Source of the DNA: a virus
Taxonomy: Duplodnaviria; Caudoviricetes
Virus record (IMG/VR): IMGVR_UViG_3300031867_000003
Location: 138,176-202,175 of that record
DNA length: 64,000 bases
Direction: 5' to 3' (one strand)
Both the position numbers and the translations under genes were made by a program. Shown in pieces: positions 22,430-34,078 of the stretch. The first letter of the stretch is position 1, and the number at the start of each line of letters is the position of its first letter. The notes beneath the pieces are model-generated. The model made no database searches. It saw nothing but the letters and a program-made list of their open reading frames with translations, and was not told where the DNA came from.

Positions 22430-23998
22430 TTACTAACAAACTAATTTTTCTTCTTCTATTTTTTGCCAAGTTAAACGAGTACCATCTGGAAGATGCCCAG
22501 ATGTTTTTCTACCATTTCTAAAATAATTAGTTATAGAAGCATGATACTTTTTATCGGCAGCGGAATATGAATCAAATATTTCTCCAGTCTCAACGCATAA
22601 AACCTTGTTTGGGATATTCCCCAACATCTTATATCCATGTTGGCGATTCAATTCAATTATCTCTTCTTTTGATTCTTTGATTAATCCGATTGCAGAAGCC
22701 TTATATAGCAATTCCCTCGCAGAATAATCGCTTATTCCTAAATCCTTACAAATCTGATACAAAGACTTCTCTTCATATGAATTCCATAAATCAGATACTT
22801 TTAATAAAATACTCTTTGAGGCAATTTTATCAATTTCGTCAAAATCAATACCAGACAAATCAAATATATTTGAAAGAATTGAATTTTTAATAGAATTTAT
22901 AATATAATCCCTTTTGTTTTTACTCCCATAATTATAATCAAGCCTAATAATTGTAAACCCATGTTGTATAGCCAAATCGTCTTTAATCATATCTTTAGCT
23001 ATGACATCCTTGGCAGTTTGACCAGACATATTATTGTCGCAATAATGAAAACCACCATCTACCTCAATAATATATTTAATATTATTATGGCAAAACATGA
23101 AATCATATCTCGATAAATCCACCCATTTAGGAATATATTGATACTCATATTTAATATTTAAACTATCAAGCATAGCCATTATAAAACGTTCCCCATAACT
23201 CGTTTTGTTACCACATAACTCACAACTAAACCCTCTCAATGAAACATTATTAACTAATCTTTTAAATTTATGTCCACAATCTGGACATAGCCACCATATT
23301 TTAACCCCAGAATTAGGCGTATACTTAAAAGCGTCCTGTGGTGAAAGCAAAAACTCTTCAAGGTCAGGTCTTAAAGTATGTATGTCATTAACATTGGTCA
23401 TAGGCCTAATTCTGACTTCAGGATTACATAAAGGACATAAACAATTGCCTTTATATAATAATGTCTGAATTGCTCGAGAGAAAACAGTCCCGCATATATT
23501 ATGTCTAATTCTCATTGTTTGATGAGCATTTTTATATTCGTCCAATGGAATATATTCATCCCCATACAAATCATAAAAACGTTTTAGAAATTCCTCGTTT
23601 GTTAATTTTTCCGAATTATAACAAATTGGGCATCCTTTCCCAGACATCACCTTACTAGGCGTAGTTTCTTTTTCATGCCCACACTCCAAATATTTAACTA
23701 ATATTGGAGTTTCATGATTTATATATTTACCAAGTATTTCATATCTGCCCGGATATCTATTCTCAATCTTTTCAACAAATTCATCGTGGGTCACCCTATA
23801 TAAATTCTGACAAATAGGACATCCAAACCCGCCTAAGAGATTCGACGGACGAACCTCATTTTCATGGCCACATTTATTATATTTAATTTTTACCTTAGTT
23901 TTTGCATTTATATAATCACCAATAATGGTATACGTGTCTGGATATTTTTCATTTAATTCATTTTGGAATTCTTCGGTTGTTTTCGCTTTTCTTGGCAT
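22430..23998 (-). CDS. free-standing zinc-ribbon repeat endonuclease (Vsr/DUF559-like nuclease domain)
   Basis: Repeated CGH...GCPIC modules and YDF...IIEVDGGFH; ends TAG-TAA-TAG. Confidence 0.8.
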
Positions 23999-24032
23999 TT
24001 TAATTATCTCCTTTCAAATAAAAAAAGAATCC

Positions 24033-24245
24033 TTAATTAAACTTAGGATTCTTGGTGTTTTTTACATATTTATGATTGACTTTTGGTCTTTGATCTAAAT
24101 ATTTTTTTAAATTATCCGTAAACAAAAACATCCAACACTCCCTATGAGTTTCTGGATGTGTTGTTTTTGCTATATATTTCTCCCCGATATTTTTTAATTC
24201 TTTACAAAGAGTGGGAGAATAGCAATAAAAAATATTAGTATTCAA
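24033..24245 (-). CDS. small DUF5659-like protein
   Basis: FYCYSPTL...WMF pattern; directly upstream of the endonuclease. Confidence 0.5.
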   Translation of the reverse strand: MNTNIFYCYSPTLCKELKNIGEKYIAKTTHPETHRECWMFLFTDNLKKYLDQRPKVNHKYVKNTKNPKFN

Positions 24246-24261
24246 TTAAAATTTACCTCTT

Positions 24262-25935
24262 TCATTTTTTGCTTCTCAGTAATCCATCGAGAAAACTTGT
24301 ATTATAATCAATTCTACCAAATGCAAAGAAATCTTTCTTCGGTTCTTCTTTCTTCTCGGAAGTATCCGCCGCAAAATTCAATTTTCCAGCCTTTGCATAC
24401 TGAAGCAGAATTGCGTCAGCCTTATCTTTGACCTCATCAACTGTAAGATTAAAATAATTCTCACGTTTCTTAAGATCTTCAAATTCCTGAGTACCAGCAA
24501 TACTTGTATAATCTACGGAATTAAGAACTTCAACCTTCTCGGGTTCAGATTCGTATTTAGCAAGTTTATCAGAAATATCGGAATAATTACTCTTCATAGA
24601 CTCAAGCTGAGCTTGTTCGTCTTTGCTTAAATACGTACAGAATACCTCTGTGCGATCTCCCTTTAAGGAATAAACATCCTTCTTTACTTGATATGACTGA
24701 CGGTAATGTTTACCATTCCAATAATCATGCATATACACGATTTTCTCATCATCCAGTGCGTCCACGTCATACCAGGCATTATCGCTTTCTCCGTAAGTGG
24801 AGTTCACAAGCTCATAAAGTGCGTTAAGTTTCTCCATTAACGTAGAAGAGAATGTCTTTACTTCACCGTTGAAAGAAACGGTTTTGTCGATACTATATTT
24901 TTTCTGCTGACCGTTATTAAGTACACCGTCATCAGTAACTACATCTTCCGGTTCTTCTTCCTCGGAATCGTCAGTGGTATCTTCTCCATCAAATTCATCA
25001 ACCACTTCGGGAGTTTCTTCGGTAACTTCTTCTTCCACTTTTCCAGAAGCTTCTGTGTCAGTAACCTGAGTTTCCTCATCAATGGTTTCATTTAATTCGA
25101 TGTTTTCTTCCTCAATAGTTTCATCTACTTTGTTTTCATCAAATTCCAAACCATGTTCCTCCTTTCTTTGGTCGTTATTTATATGATTATCAAGCTTATT
25201 CATAACAGCTTGCGTAATCTCGTCAATTAACTCTGCTTTATTAAACATAACAGAATTATTCTCGGCACTAAAATCAGCTATATCTAATCTGGCACCTTCC
25301 ATACCTTCTCCGATTTCTTCTCCGGAAACGGGATCTACTCCGAGCAATGTAGCTCCTAACACAACGACATCCTCGAGAATAAGTTCCTTCTCTTTTGAAT
25401 CGTAAGACATTTTATTTACGCCCAACTCAGCGGAAAGTTTTGTTCCACCCTTACGTTCAATAATATCGGCAGCAGCAGTGTAGTTTCTCGGAATTGCACA
25501 TTTTGCAAACAGATATTTTCTGTCTTCATGCTCAGAATCCTATTCAATATATGGTTTATCTGCGGTAAAACATCCTACTTGTTTTTCATAGTATGTAATA
25601 GAACCATCATCATTAAACTCAAAATCATGAGATGTAAAATCCAATTCTCCGTTTACATCTGTAAAATTTGCAAGAATCGGTTTATATGCAACAGTAGAAG
25701 CGCTATTCTTCAAACCTTCCTCCGTTAAATTTGACCGGTTTTTGTTGCGTCCACAATGCATGAGTTTAACTGTACCAAGCAATAAAGAATCATCTTCTGA
25801 TTCTTCTTTATCAAATACCGCCGGTACTTGTACGCTTAGCTGATACCCAGTCTATTTCGAATCAAAAGAATTGAAATTTTGCTATTCACAAAATTCAATT
25901 AAATTCTCTAATGTCAGAATTTTCTTCTTCAACAT
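24262..25935 (-). CDS. prohead protease/scaffold fusion (YonD-like), code 15
   Basis: ORFs 25540..25782 and 24262..25425 join via TAG; HCGRNKNRS and KLSAEL motifs, acidic scaffold-like C-terminal half. Confidence 0.75.
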
Positions 25936-25982
25936 ACTTCCTCCCTTCTTTTTAGAATTTCTCTCCAAAGAATAGGAGAGTA

Positions 25983-26165
25983 TCAAAATGTTATTTTATT
26001 TGTAAAATTTACCTTCATACTGTCATCAGCAGAAAACATTAAATTGGTATTATTAATAAATACCCACTGAGTGCCTTCCTTTGGAAGTTCTTCATAGCCG
26101 AGTTCTCGCAACTTCTCGGCGGTTTCTTCATCAGATGTATGAATAAAAAATTGTTTATCCTTCAT
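25983..26165 (-). CDS. small hypothetical protein
   Basis: MKDKQFFIHTSDEETAEKL...; AGGTG RBS. Confidence 0.65.
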   Translation of the reverse strand: MKDKQFFIHTSDEETAEKLRELGYEELPKEGTQWVFINNTNLMFSADDSMKVNFTNKITF

Positions 26166-26169
26166 AATA

Positions 26170-26394
26170 TCACCTACAAACATCATTAATTATGTCGGCA
26201 GTTTTCGTAAGTTCTTCACGGGTCTTTTCACTAAACCCAGCGTCGGCAACTAATGCCTACGCAAGATATAGACAAAAGTTTAGAAGAAATTCATCCTCTA
26301 CATCAGTAGTAGATTCATCACCATTAAATATCTTATCTGATATTTGATTATATTTTTCTATACACTCGGTTGTATTCGGGTAAAAATTTTTCAT
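26170..26394 (-). CDS. hypothetical protein (code 15)
   Basis: Frame continues through TAG 26257 to TGA 26170. Confidence 0.55.
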
Positions 26395-26510
26395 TATCCT
26401 TTTTATCTCCTTATTTATTCTTTTTTTAATTATCATAATCACAGAATAGGAGAGGGGTTAGGACACCTCTCCGTATAAAGTTTGTAACTCCTTATATTAT
26501 TCTGTGTGAG

Positions 26511-26827
26511 CGGCGGAGTTGGGACTTGCACCCAAACCGACGGGCTCAGAACCCTGTAGTTTTCTTACCACATTATGTTTCCATAACCGAATATTATTCG
26601 TTGTAGTCTGGGACATCTCATTACCATATTTAATAATATATTAAACTTAGGTAGAAGCTCTATGTCCTCCACACATTTATAAGATATAATAATCTTAATT
26701 TAGCTCGGGATTGCCATATACAAAACGTACTTAGGTGTTCCCCGAATTAGGCTTCTTTTCAATTGTATTTTTCAACACAATGCTCCAAAACATCAGAGAC
26801 TACCTGTGCTGCTTACACCACTCCGCT
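26511..26827 (-). tRNA. amber suppressor tRNA (anticodon CUA) split by a group I intron; exon1 26827-26795, exon2 26563-26511
   Basis: Spliced 86-mer: AGCGGAG TG GTGT AAGCA GCAC AG GTAGT CTCT|AAA ACTAC AGGGTTCTGAGCCCGTCGGT TTGGG TGCAAGT CCCAA CTCCGCC G. It has a perfect 5-bp anticodon stem and the loop CU-CUA-AA. Confidence 0.85.
26564..26794 (-). ncRNA. group I intron (231 nt) inside the anticodon, between positions 35 and 36
   Basis: P AATTCGGGGAA, Q AATCCCGAGC, P7 GGACAT/ATGTCC; P1 CUCU/GGAG with U.G at the splice site; P10 GUUUU/AAAAC; terminal G. Confidence 0.88.
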
Positions 26828-26919
26828 AAAACAATAAATTAAATTATTAACGCAATGCCACGTTAAATCCATCAAATAAAATAATAGAGCGGGAGATTAG
26901 TCCCGCTCTAAATTACTAA

Positions 26920-27327
26920 TTATAAATATTTGTCATAAAATTCATCATTAACTAAATCAACAACTTTATCAAGAATATCAAGGTTTTTAATGGCATCATT
27001 TAATTCTTTATAAAGATATCTATTCGGAACAGGATTATGTGCTACGTCTCCATAGACACGAAAATCATGCTCTGCACAATCTACAAAAGATTCACATTCA
27101 GTTTCATCTATATTATAAAATACTACGCCAACTGTCTCTTCATATTTCCCGGTAGAATCATTATATTTGCAAATCAAATAATTATCATCTGGATAATCTG
27201 TAGACTTAAACCATGATATAATTTCATCACCTGGTTCATTATCACAACTATAAATAACATCATAATCAACACGATAAACCGCACCACATATACTTAATAT
27301 ATTATTTAGTTTTAGAATTTTATACAT
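26920..27327 (-). CDS. hypothetical protein
   Basis: ORF with AGGAG RBS, followed by the hairpin GAGCGGGA...TCCCGCTC. Confidence 0.65.
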   Translation of the reverse strand: MYKILKLNNILSICGAVYRVDYDVIYSCDNEPGDEIISWFKSTDYPDDNYLICKYNDSTGKYEETVGVVFYNIDETECESFVDCAEHDFRVYGDVAHNPVPNRYLYKELNDAIKNLDILDKVVDLVNDEFYDKYL

Positions 27328-27353
27328 TCACTTCTCCTTTTATATCCTTTAAT

Positions 27354-28934
27354 TTACGCAATTGTACTGCCCGTATTTCTACTTCTTTCAGCACTACCGC
27401 TTAAATCATCATCGTCCGACCTAGGTCTTCCGACCGTGTTACTGGAAGTATTATAACTTGATTTCAAAGGTTTCATCATATCTTTGATACCAATAGCATT
27501 CTCAAACCTAATCTTGTTAATTGCCTTATACGGTGTTCCTTCAATAACAGATAAATAGTCCAATGCCGGACCACCTAATGTTGCGGAATCTTTATATCTT
27601 TGGATATAATCATCCTCATTAAACCAGGTTATTCTCAATATCTCAAAGATATACCCCTTAGATATATTTTCCGCAATATAAAAATTCAGCCAAGATTCCA
27701 ACCTATTTACCCAGACCCACACATTTGATTGATCCGCAAGCTGAGCAAATTTAATAGCTAGATTAGAAGTAGAATTTCCACCGGACACAACTGTTTGTGT
27801 TAATCCGCTGTTGGAAAACAGATTATTTATAGATTTCGCTAATGCATCTGTATCCGACGCATGTGACGTATCATTAAACGTAATTTTATCAATGTCGAAC
27901 GGAGCAGTAATAACACCGACCAAATCCGGCACTGACTGTTCCTCAAGCTGTCGAAAATAATTAACCATCTCCATTGAGATAGCAAAATCATCAACATCCC
28001 CGCTGTTACCATTATCCACTAACGGTATCTTATTCACAATCAAAGCATAATTCTCAAGTTCTGTTTTAGATTGAAGAATCTGCTGCAAATCAAGTAAATC
28101 TAATAAATCCGTAAACAGCGGAAGAAAATATGGCAATGGGAACGAGAACTCATCTTCCGGACCAATCAATAAAACACAACATTTTTCAGGCGGTAATCTA
28201 AACCATTGATAATCACGTCCGCCATCCTTATATGAACGGTATCCGTTAATAAATACCTCATCCCAAGTTGCATAACTTCCTTGCCCATCAACTCCGAGAA
28301 CAAACTCACTGTTGTTAGCAGCGTCAAAAAATGCAGCATTAAAATATACGACCCATTCTCCATACTCATTTTTTCCGACTATTCTGCAATATTGAACGTC
28401 TAGCGGCATTAAAAAAGTTCTTCCTTGTTTATTCTCATAAACGTACCCAGCATAAAATCCGTCACGGATTGCAAGATATAGTGCGGTATACATATCTTTC
28501 TTCAGACTAAACTTGTCAAAAGTCTCGAGTACTTTTTGATAACCCTTGAGCGCCTTATCCACATCTATCTCTTCGGCTAAATCATTTGCTTGAGTAATTG
28601 TATAATAGAACAACGGCATCGCCGCCATATACATAATCATCTTTTGATACAACATTGAATTCCTAACTAAAAATCTCGAAATTTCTCGAAGAGTATCTTG
28701 ATTGTTAGCCGGAGACTAAACATATGTTTTTACGAGATCTTTAGTATATTGCGTGAAAGTTCTGTTTACAGACCTAGTGGCATTACGCTGAAGAATTTCT
28801 TCCATCTTGGCAAATGTCATCGTTTGCGCACGATCACGCTTATAAGAAAAATCCTCCACATCCGCGGGGATTGTAGTTATTTTAGTTTCATTATTTTTGG
28901 GGCCGCCGTCAGCGGTTTTCTTTCTTGTTGCCAT
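27354..28934 (-). CDS. portal protein (YonE-like), code 15
   Basis: ORFs 28716..28934 and 27354..28655 join via one TAG; LREISRFL motif, C-terminal GRP; follows the terminase. Confidence 0.8.
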
Positions 28935-28949
28935 ACGGCACCTCCTTCA

Positions 28950-30707
28950 TTATTTAAATCTGGTTACTTTTCTAGGTTGGCGGAATGTAAATTGAGAGAA
29001 TAGAGAGTTTATATCTTGGTTTTTCGGTCTCAACTTTAACTCCAACTAACACGCACACCAATAATTATAAGCAATAGAAGAGTAACGGTCTTTACGCATA
29101 CCTGACTATTCTTTAACTTTAATGTTACCATTCTTAACCTCATGATCGAGTTTAATTAATTCATACTCTGCCATAGTTGTTTGCAAATACGGCATCTTTA
29201 TATATGCCTAATCAGTCGGAGAGAGTTTGGAATAGGGTTTATATAATTTTACCAATTCCTCTTCACATTCTTGTTCTGAAATAAGAAAGCTAATTCTACC
29301 ATTCTATATTCCATTTCTAAGCAATACACATATTTCGTTATTGAAAGTTGCACCAGCTTTTACTGACCAAACAACTTTATTTGCATCTTTAACTTTACAT
29401 CTAATAGCCATGTCTTCATCATTAATGCACGTTAACGCTTTATATGTTTTTCCAGTCGAAGAATCATATTGATCCTTACAAATAAAATCGAAAATTCCAA
29501 TTCCTAGTCCTCCTGTATCAACCACTAAGTCAGTGCATTTGTATTCATAGAAATAACGCATAACAATAATCCCAAGTTCGTCAGTTGTTAACCCTTCGAA
29601 AGTTTCTCCGTAAACTACATTTGAATGATAACTTATGTCATCCTACTGAATCGCACTATTGATATATAATGCAGCTGCGTCATTCTTCTTTTTCTTTGTT
29701 GATCCCATAAGAGCTACGTCAACAGAAAGAATTCGTTTTTCTGTTGCAGAAACATCGGGGACTTTGATTTTATCATTATAGAATTTTAGTGGTAATAAGG
29801 CGTTTTTGATTTTTCTCTATTTATTTATCTCTTCCCACTTAAAGAGATTATCACCATCATCTCCGACCCACATACATTCCATTTCCATAGTAAAAGCAAG
29901 TTCATTAAAGTCAGCTTCTGATTTTTCATCCATTACTTGATCTTTGGACAAAAGACCTTCTTTGATGCTTAATTGATATGGTAGTCCACAGCAAAAATAT
30001 CTCTTAGTGTCATCGAAAAAATTAACCACATATGCTTGTAACTTTTTCCATGCCCATGAACTTTTAAAATAAGCACTACTCATATATATTTCTTTATTTC
30101 TTTCTTGCAGATGAGAATACTCTGGCTTATTTAAATATCCCGGCTATCTAGGACTCGTTAAAAATTTACGAATAACCAAATTCAAAATAGTCTCATCAAC
30201 CATACGAAACTCATCAACTACAATGATATTCGCTCTAGCACCACGAGCATTATCTGTACTAGTTCTTGTTGTAATCCAAGAACCATTTTTAAACATAATA
30301 ATTGCATCATTCTATCCTATGTTACATTTTTCTATTTCAGTACATAAGATAGGAGACATTTTCATTAGTTCATCCTGTATTTTTAACAATACTCCATTTG
30401 CCTATTTAAGAGTACCGGAACAAACAACAATCTTACTACCAGGATATAATATACATCTTACAACACAAAAGAGCGCAGTAAGCCAACTTTTTGACATACC
30501 CCTTGCGGCAATAAACATAAAGTAATTATAATGCATCATCGCCCATATTAATATCTTCTAAAAAAGCTTAAGGTGTATGCCTAATACTTCTTCAACAAAC
30601 CGCTCTGGATTTGCACGATAATAAGCTGCTCTAAAAGCAACTGTCTACATTATTTTCTGTTCTTTGTCCTGAGCAATTTCACGAACAGATTTCTTTTTTT
30701 CAGCCAT
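28950..30707 (-). CDS. terminase large subunit (YonF-like), code 15
   Basis: AARGMSKS (Walker A), [13 protein letters not shown] (Walker B), [22 protein letters not shown]; TAGs fall at expected Gln sites (LKLFQKILI, TLKQA, PRQPGY). Confidence 0.9.
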
Positions 30708-31762
30708 CACAATTCCTCTGTGGTTCCGAATATCTGATCAAATAGAGTTTCGGAATCTGTATCTTCATCGTATTGTGGTTTATCAACTGTGTATTTTTTG
30801 ATAAACTTTTCATACGTATGAGAAAATGCATTTTTTAGTCCCATCATACGAGACATATGACCTTTAAAAAATACATCAAGATAAAGTCCTATTTTATTAA
30901 CTGAACGAAATTCTTCGTCAGGCTCAGGAATAGGTTTTTCATTTTCCCATTTTTGTATCAACTGCCCAAATGTTTTAGCCTCTGTAAGTGCATTGGAATT
31001 ATTTTGATTAGGTTTTAATGACATACTCCCCATTAAATCTTGAAGCGTTTTATCTAATTCCTTTGTATCTTTACCAGCCTTTTGGGCCTTATCTATATCT
31101 AGTTCTTTAAAGCATATACGTTTAAATAATATTTCTTGTGCCTTATTTTCACAAGCATAACGCTTTATCCAATCTTGATATTCTGTCTCTAAAAAAATTA
31201 AATCAGAATTTGTATACCCATCACCAAATCGTTTTTTGGCTTGTTTCAGAGTTCTAGAATTTTCGTTTATCTCTTCCTCATCTTTATCGAGATAATCAGG
31301 GGGAAATTCTGAGTCTCTCCAGCTTTTATTTTTATACTGAAACAGACTTTTTACCATTACGATATACTGACTCCATGCGGTTCCTCTATGTTTATCTTGT
31401 ATATCCTCAGAGGTAGACGAAACAGCAGATTGATATAAAGAATCAATATAGGGCAAATCCATCATTCTAAGTACATCCATTGTTTTATCCCGATTATCAG
31501 TATATTGATTCGTTTTCTTATCATAATCACAAGCCATTTTAATTAAACATTTTTTGCAAATTGGAAACAGCCCACTTGAGTAACTTTTATCCGAATAAAA
31601 AGCATCGGTATTGTGGAACTCATTACATTTTGGACATAGAAATACATCCCCATTTATTATGCGATTATAATCCTTAGCTAATTTATTATATTCTTGTCTA
31701 ACCTAAGCGACCCCAGTTTTTCTAATTTCCTCCTCTGTAAGTGCTTGTTTTAATCTAATCAT
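30707..31762 (-). CDS. putative terminase small subunit (YonG-like, CxxC zinc finger), code 15
   Basis: CPKC...CKKC; TFGQLIQKWENEKPIPEPD; immediately upstream of TerL. Confidence 0.65.
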
Positions 31763-32892
31763 AAAATACCATCCTTTTTATCATAACTCCACTTATATCC
31801 TTTATAACTATCTATAATACCCTTGCAACAATCACTTATGTTGCTCATATTAAATCCATCAACTACAACATCGGATAATCTATTATATGTTTTAATTAGT
31901 ACCCCATCCAAATCCAGTTGTAATATTTTTCCACGATATCTTTTTCTAATAGTATTACATAACTCATAACATTTTTCAGGAGTAAAATAATCTAAATCTT
32001 CCTCATAACAAAATACAAATCCCTTTACTGTATTTCTTTTCCTCTGACAACATTCCCTAACCATCCTAATATGAAAACCACTCCGTGTAACATCATGCAT
32101 AGAATCATACATTTTTACAATAGCCCCATTTTCATCTAATTGAACAACCCTTTTAGCCTTCATCCTATTATGTACATTATTTATATATTCTAGATATTCA
32201 TCTGTTAATATATAATAATCATCCTCATAAATATAAATATAACCATGAGACACCAAAGTCCCATTAGTCCTTGATCTTATTGGATTATATCCTAATTCTA
32301 ATCTCGCTATTTTACACGTTTCCCATTTTTTAAGAATATTCCCAGATAAATCACACTGTAGTACAGGTGCAACTTTTCTTTCATCAAAATACCACTGCAA
32401 GCTGTCAAAGCCATGATAGTCTTCTAAGAAACAAAATATATATTTGTCTACCCTCTTTATTTTTTTATGCACACATAAATATATTGCGCTAGGATCTATA
32501 TTTAGTTCTCTGGCGGCCTGCGGGACATTGTTCCATTCTTTAATTAGGTTTCCAGACAAGTCAAATTGTAATACTACATGTATACACGAAGTACCTTGCC
32601 CTCCAAGAGTATTATTGTACCCATTACAATCAACAAATCCGTGATATGTCCTTAATCTATCTATCCAATATATTTCTTTTTCGTCTAATTCATTTTCATT
32701 ACATAATTCAATAATGGAAAAATCAAATTTATTTTCACCATGCTTATTCCACGAACTCTACAGATGACTATTCCCATGTTGATTCTTATTTAACAGCCTT
32801 TTATGGTCTTTCCATCTTCTGTTAATATCAACAGCTTGACCAACATACATTTTCCCATTATCCAAATTAGTAATTTTATAAATTCCAGTCAT
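31759..32892 (-). CDS. GIY-YIG homing endonuclease with NUMOD1-like repeats, code 15
   Basis: MTGIYKITN...MYVGQA...RRW...H; HLQSSWNKHG has TAG at the conserved Gln; repeated VLQ.DL.G..IK modules. Confidence 0.9.
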
Positions 32893-32988
32893 AACATTCC
32901 TCCTTTTCATAACAAAAAAGAGAGGGAGTGATTTCCCTCTCTAAGCAGTTATTCCGTCAGAATGTAGCCAGTATCATCACTGGTAAAT

Positions 32989-33057
32989 AGAATATGTACG
33001 ACTCGAACGTCTCCCCTTCGTCCCAGGCGAAGTGTGCTACCATTACACCACATACTC
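32989..33057 (-). tRNA. tRNA-Pro(TGG)-like, atypical
   Basis: GAGTATG TG GTGT AATGGTA GCAC A CTTCG CCTGGGA CGAAG ... TTCGAGT ... CATATTC; weak T stem, C33. Confidence 0.6.
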
Positions 33058-33138
33058 TAAAATAATAAATTTCACCACGGGAATCGAACCCGAAGCAGAA
33101 GAGTAGTAGTTACTCTCCCGCGTACCAACCTAAACAAA

Positions 33139-33240
33139 TCAATGTGTTATTAATTTAACAACATTGCAAAATGCAACCGTCATACTCCAGCCACCAAGAA
33201 CAGCTACAAGGTTGCAAATAATTTTGTCACGTAGGCGCAT
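33139..33240 (-). CDS. 33-aa hydrophobic peptide
   Basis: AAGGAGGTG RBS; MRLRDKIICNLVAVLGGWSMTVAFCNVVKLITH. Confidence 0.55.
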   Translation of the reverse strand: MRLRDKIICNLVAVLGGWSMTVAFCNVVKLITH

Positions 33241-33415
33241 AAACTCACCTCCTTAAAAATCAGCTTTCCAAAAGTTGACCTATAAGTCAAAAATTGGAAT
33301 CAGATATAACATCTGGAAATTATATCAAAAAGCAGACGACATTTCTGATTCCAGAAATTATTTATATTTAAATATATACTTTAATAAAACGACAAAATCG
33401 CCATAAGATAACTCT

Positions 33416-33973
33416 TTATCTTTTTTGTTTTATTTCTTGAAACTGAATCTTTGCCCATATGGAGTCTTCATAAAACTTTATAATCCAAGGCTCAAATTCA
33501 ATACCTCTACACAATATAAACGGATTTACAGTAATCCATTTTTGCCCGCCACGTACATGAAATCCAATAACATCCTTATCTTTTAAAGAATTCATTATTT
33601 TCCTCAATGTATCATACTTCATATTTCTTATTTCGGCTAAGTCCTTAATCGACAAAGCTTTACCACGAGCATCTCCGTTTTTTCTTAAGACGCAATCACC
33701 ATAGCAAACAAAATGTATAAGAAATATTAAAGTAGCGACTTCTGGATTTGTAAGTCTTTTATCCAATTCTAATTCAACCCCTCTGAACAATTTAGAGAAA
33801 GTATATTCTGTCATAAACGGAATGCGTTCATCTTCCTCGGCATTATCCGGTACGGATTCTTCAATAATTATCCTATAATTCTTATTTTCTTCCGGCTCAA
33901 TTATTTCACCAGTCTAGTCATTAAATACTTTTCCCAAATTATTTAATACGGTTCTCTTAGTTTTATTTTTCAT
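33416..33973 (-). CDS. RepL-like winged-HTH protein (code 15)
   Basis: N-terminal DQTGEI (TAG read-through), HTH, VNPF motif. Confidence 0.6.
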
Positions 33974-34078
33974 AATCCTCATCCCTTCTCCATCCGATTA
34001 TTAAAATCAGCGGAATAGGACACTCGGATGATAAATGTCCCCATAAGGCTCATGACTTCCTCATGTTTATCCGCAAAG

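Noticed and set aside
26430-26510. HDV-like theta ribozyme in the suppressor tRNA 3' trailer
   Set aside because: I could not find the nested double-pseudoknot/L3 pattern by eye after any of the tRNAs; a descriptor search would be needed to exclude it fully
26511-26827. Pyrrolysine tRNA or tmRNA interpretation
   Set aside because: It shares CUA, a short D loop and G73 with tRNA-Pyl, but the long variable arm is incompatible, no pyl genes are in the window and TAG aligns with Gln. The insert has group I core elements rather than a tmRNA tag ORF.
33085-33120. Second CUA suppressor tRNA (hairpin with CTA in its loop)
   Set aside because: No U33 or purine 37 and no convincing acceptor or D stem; recorded only as a remnant
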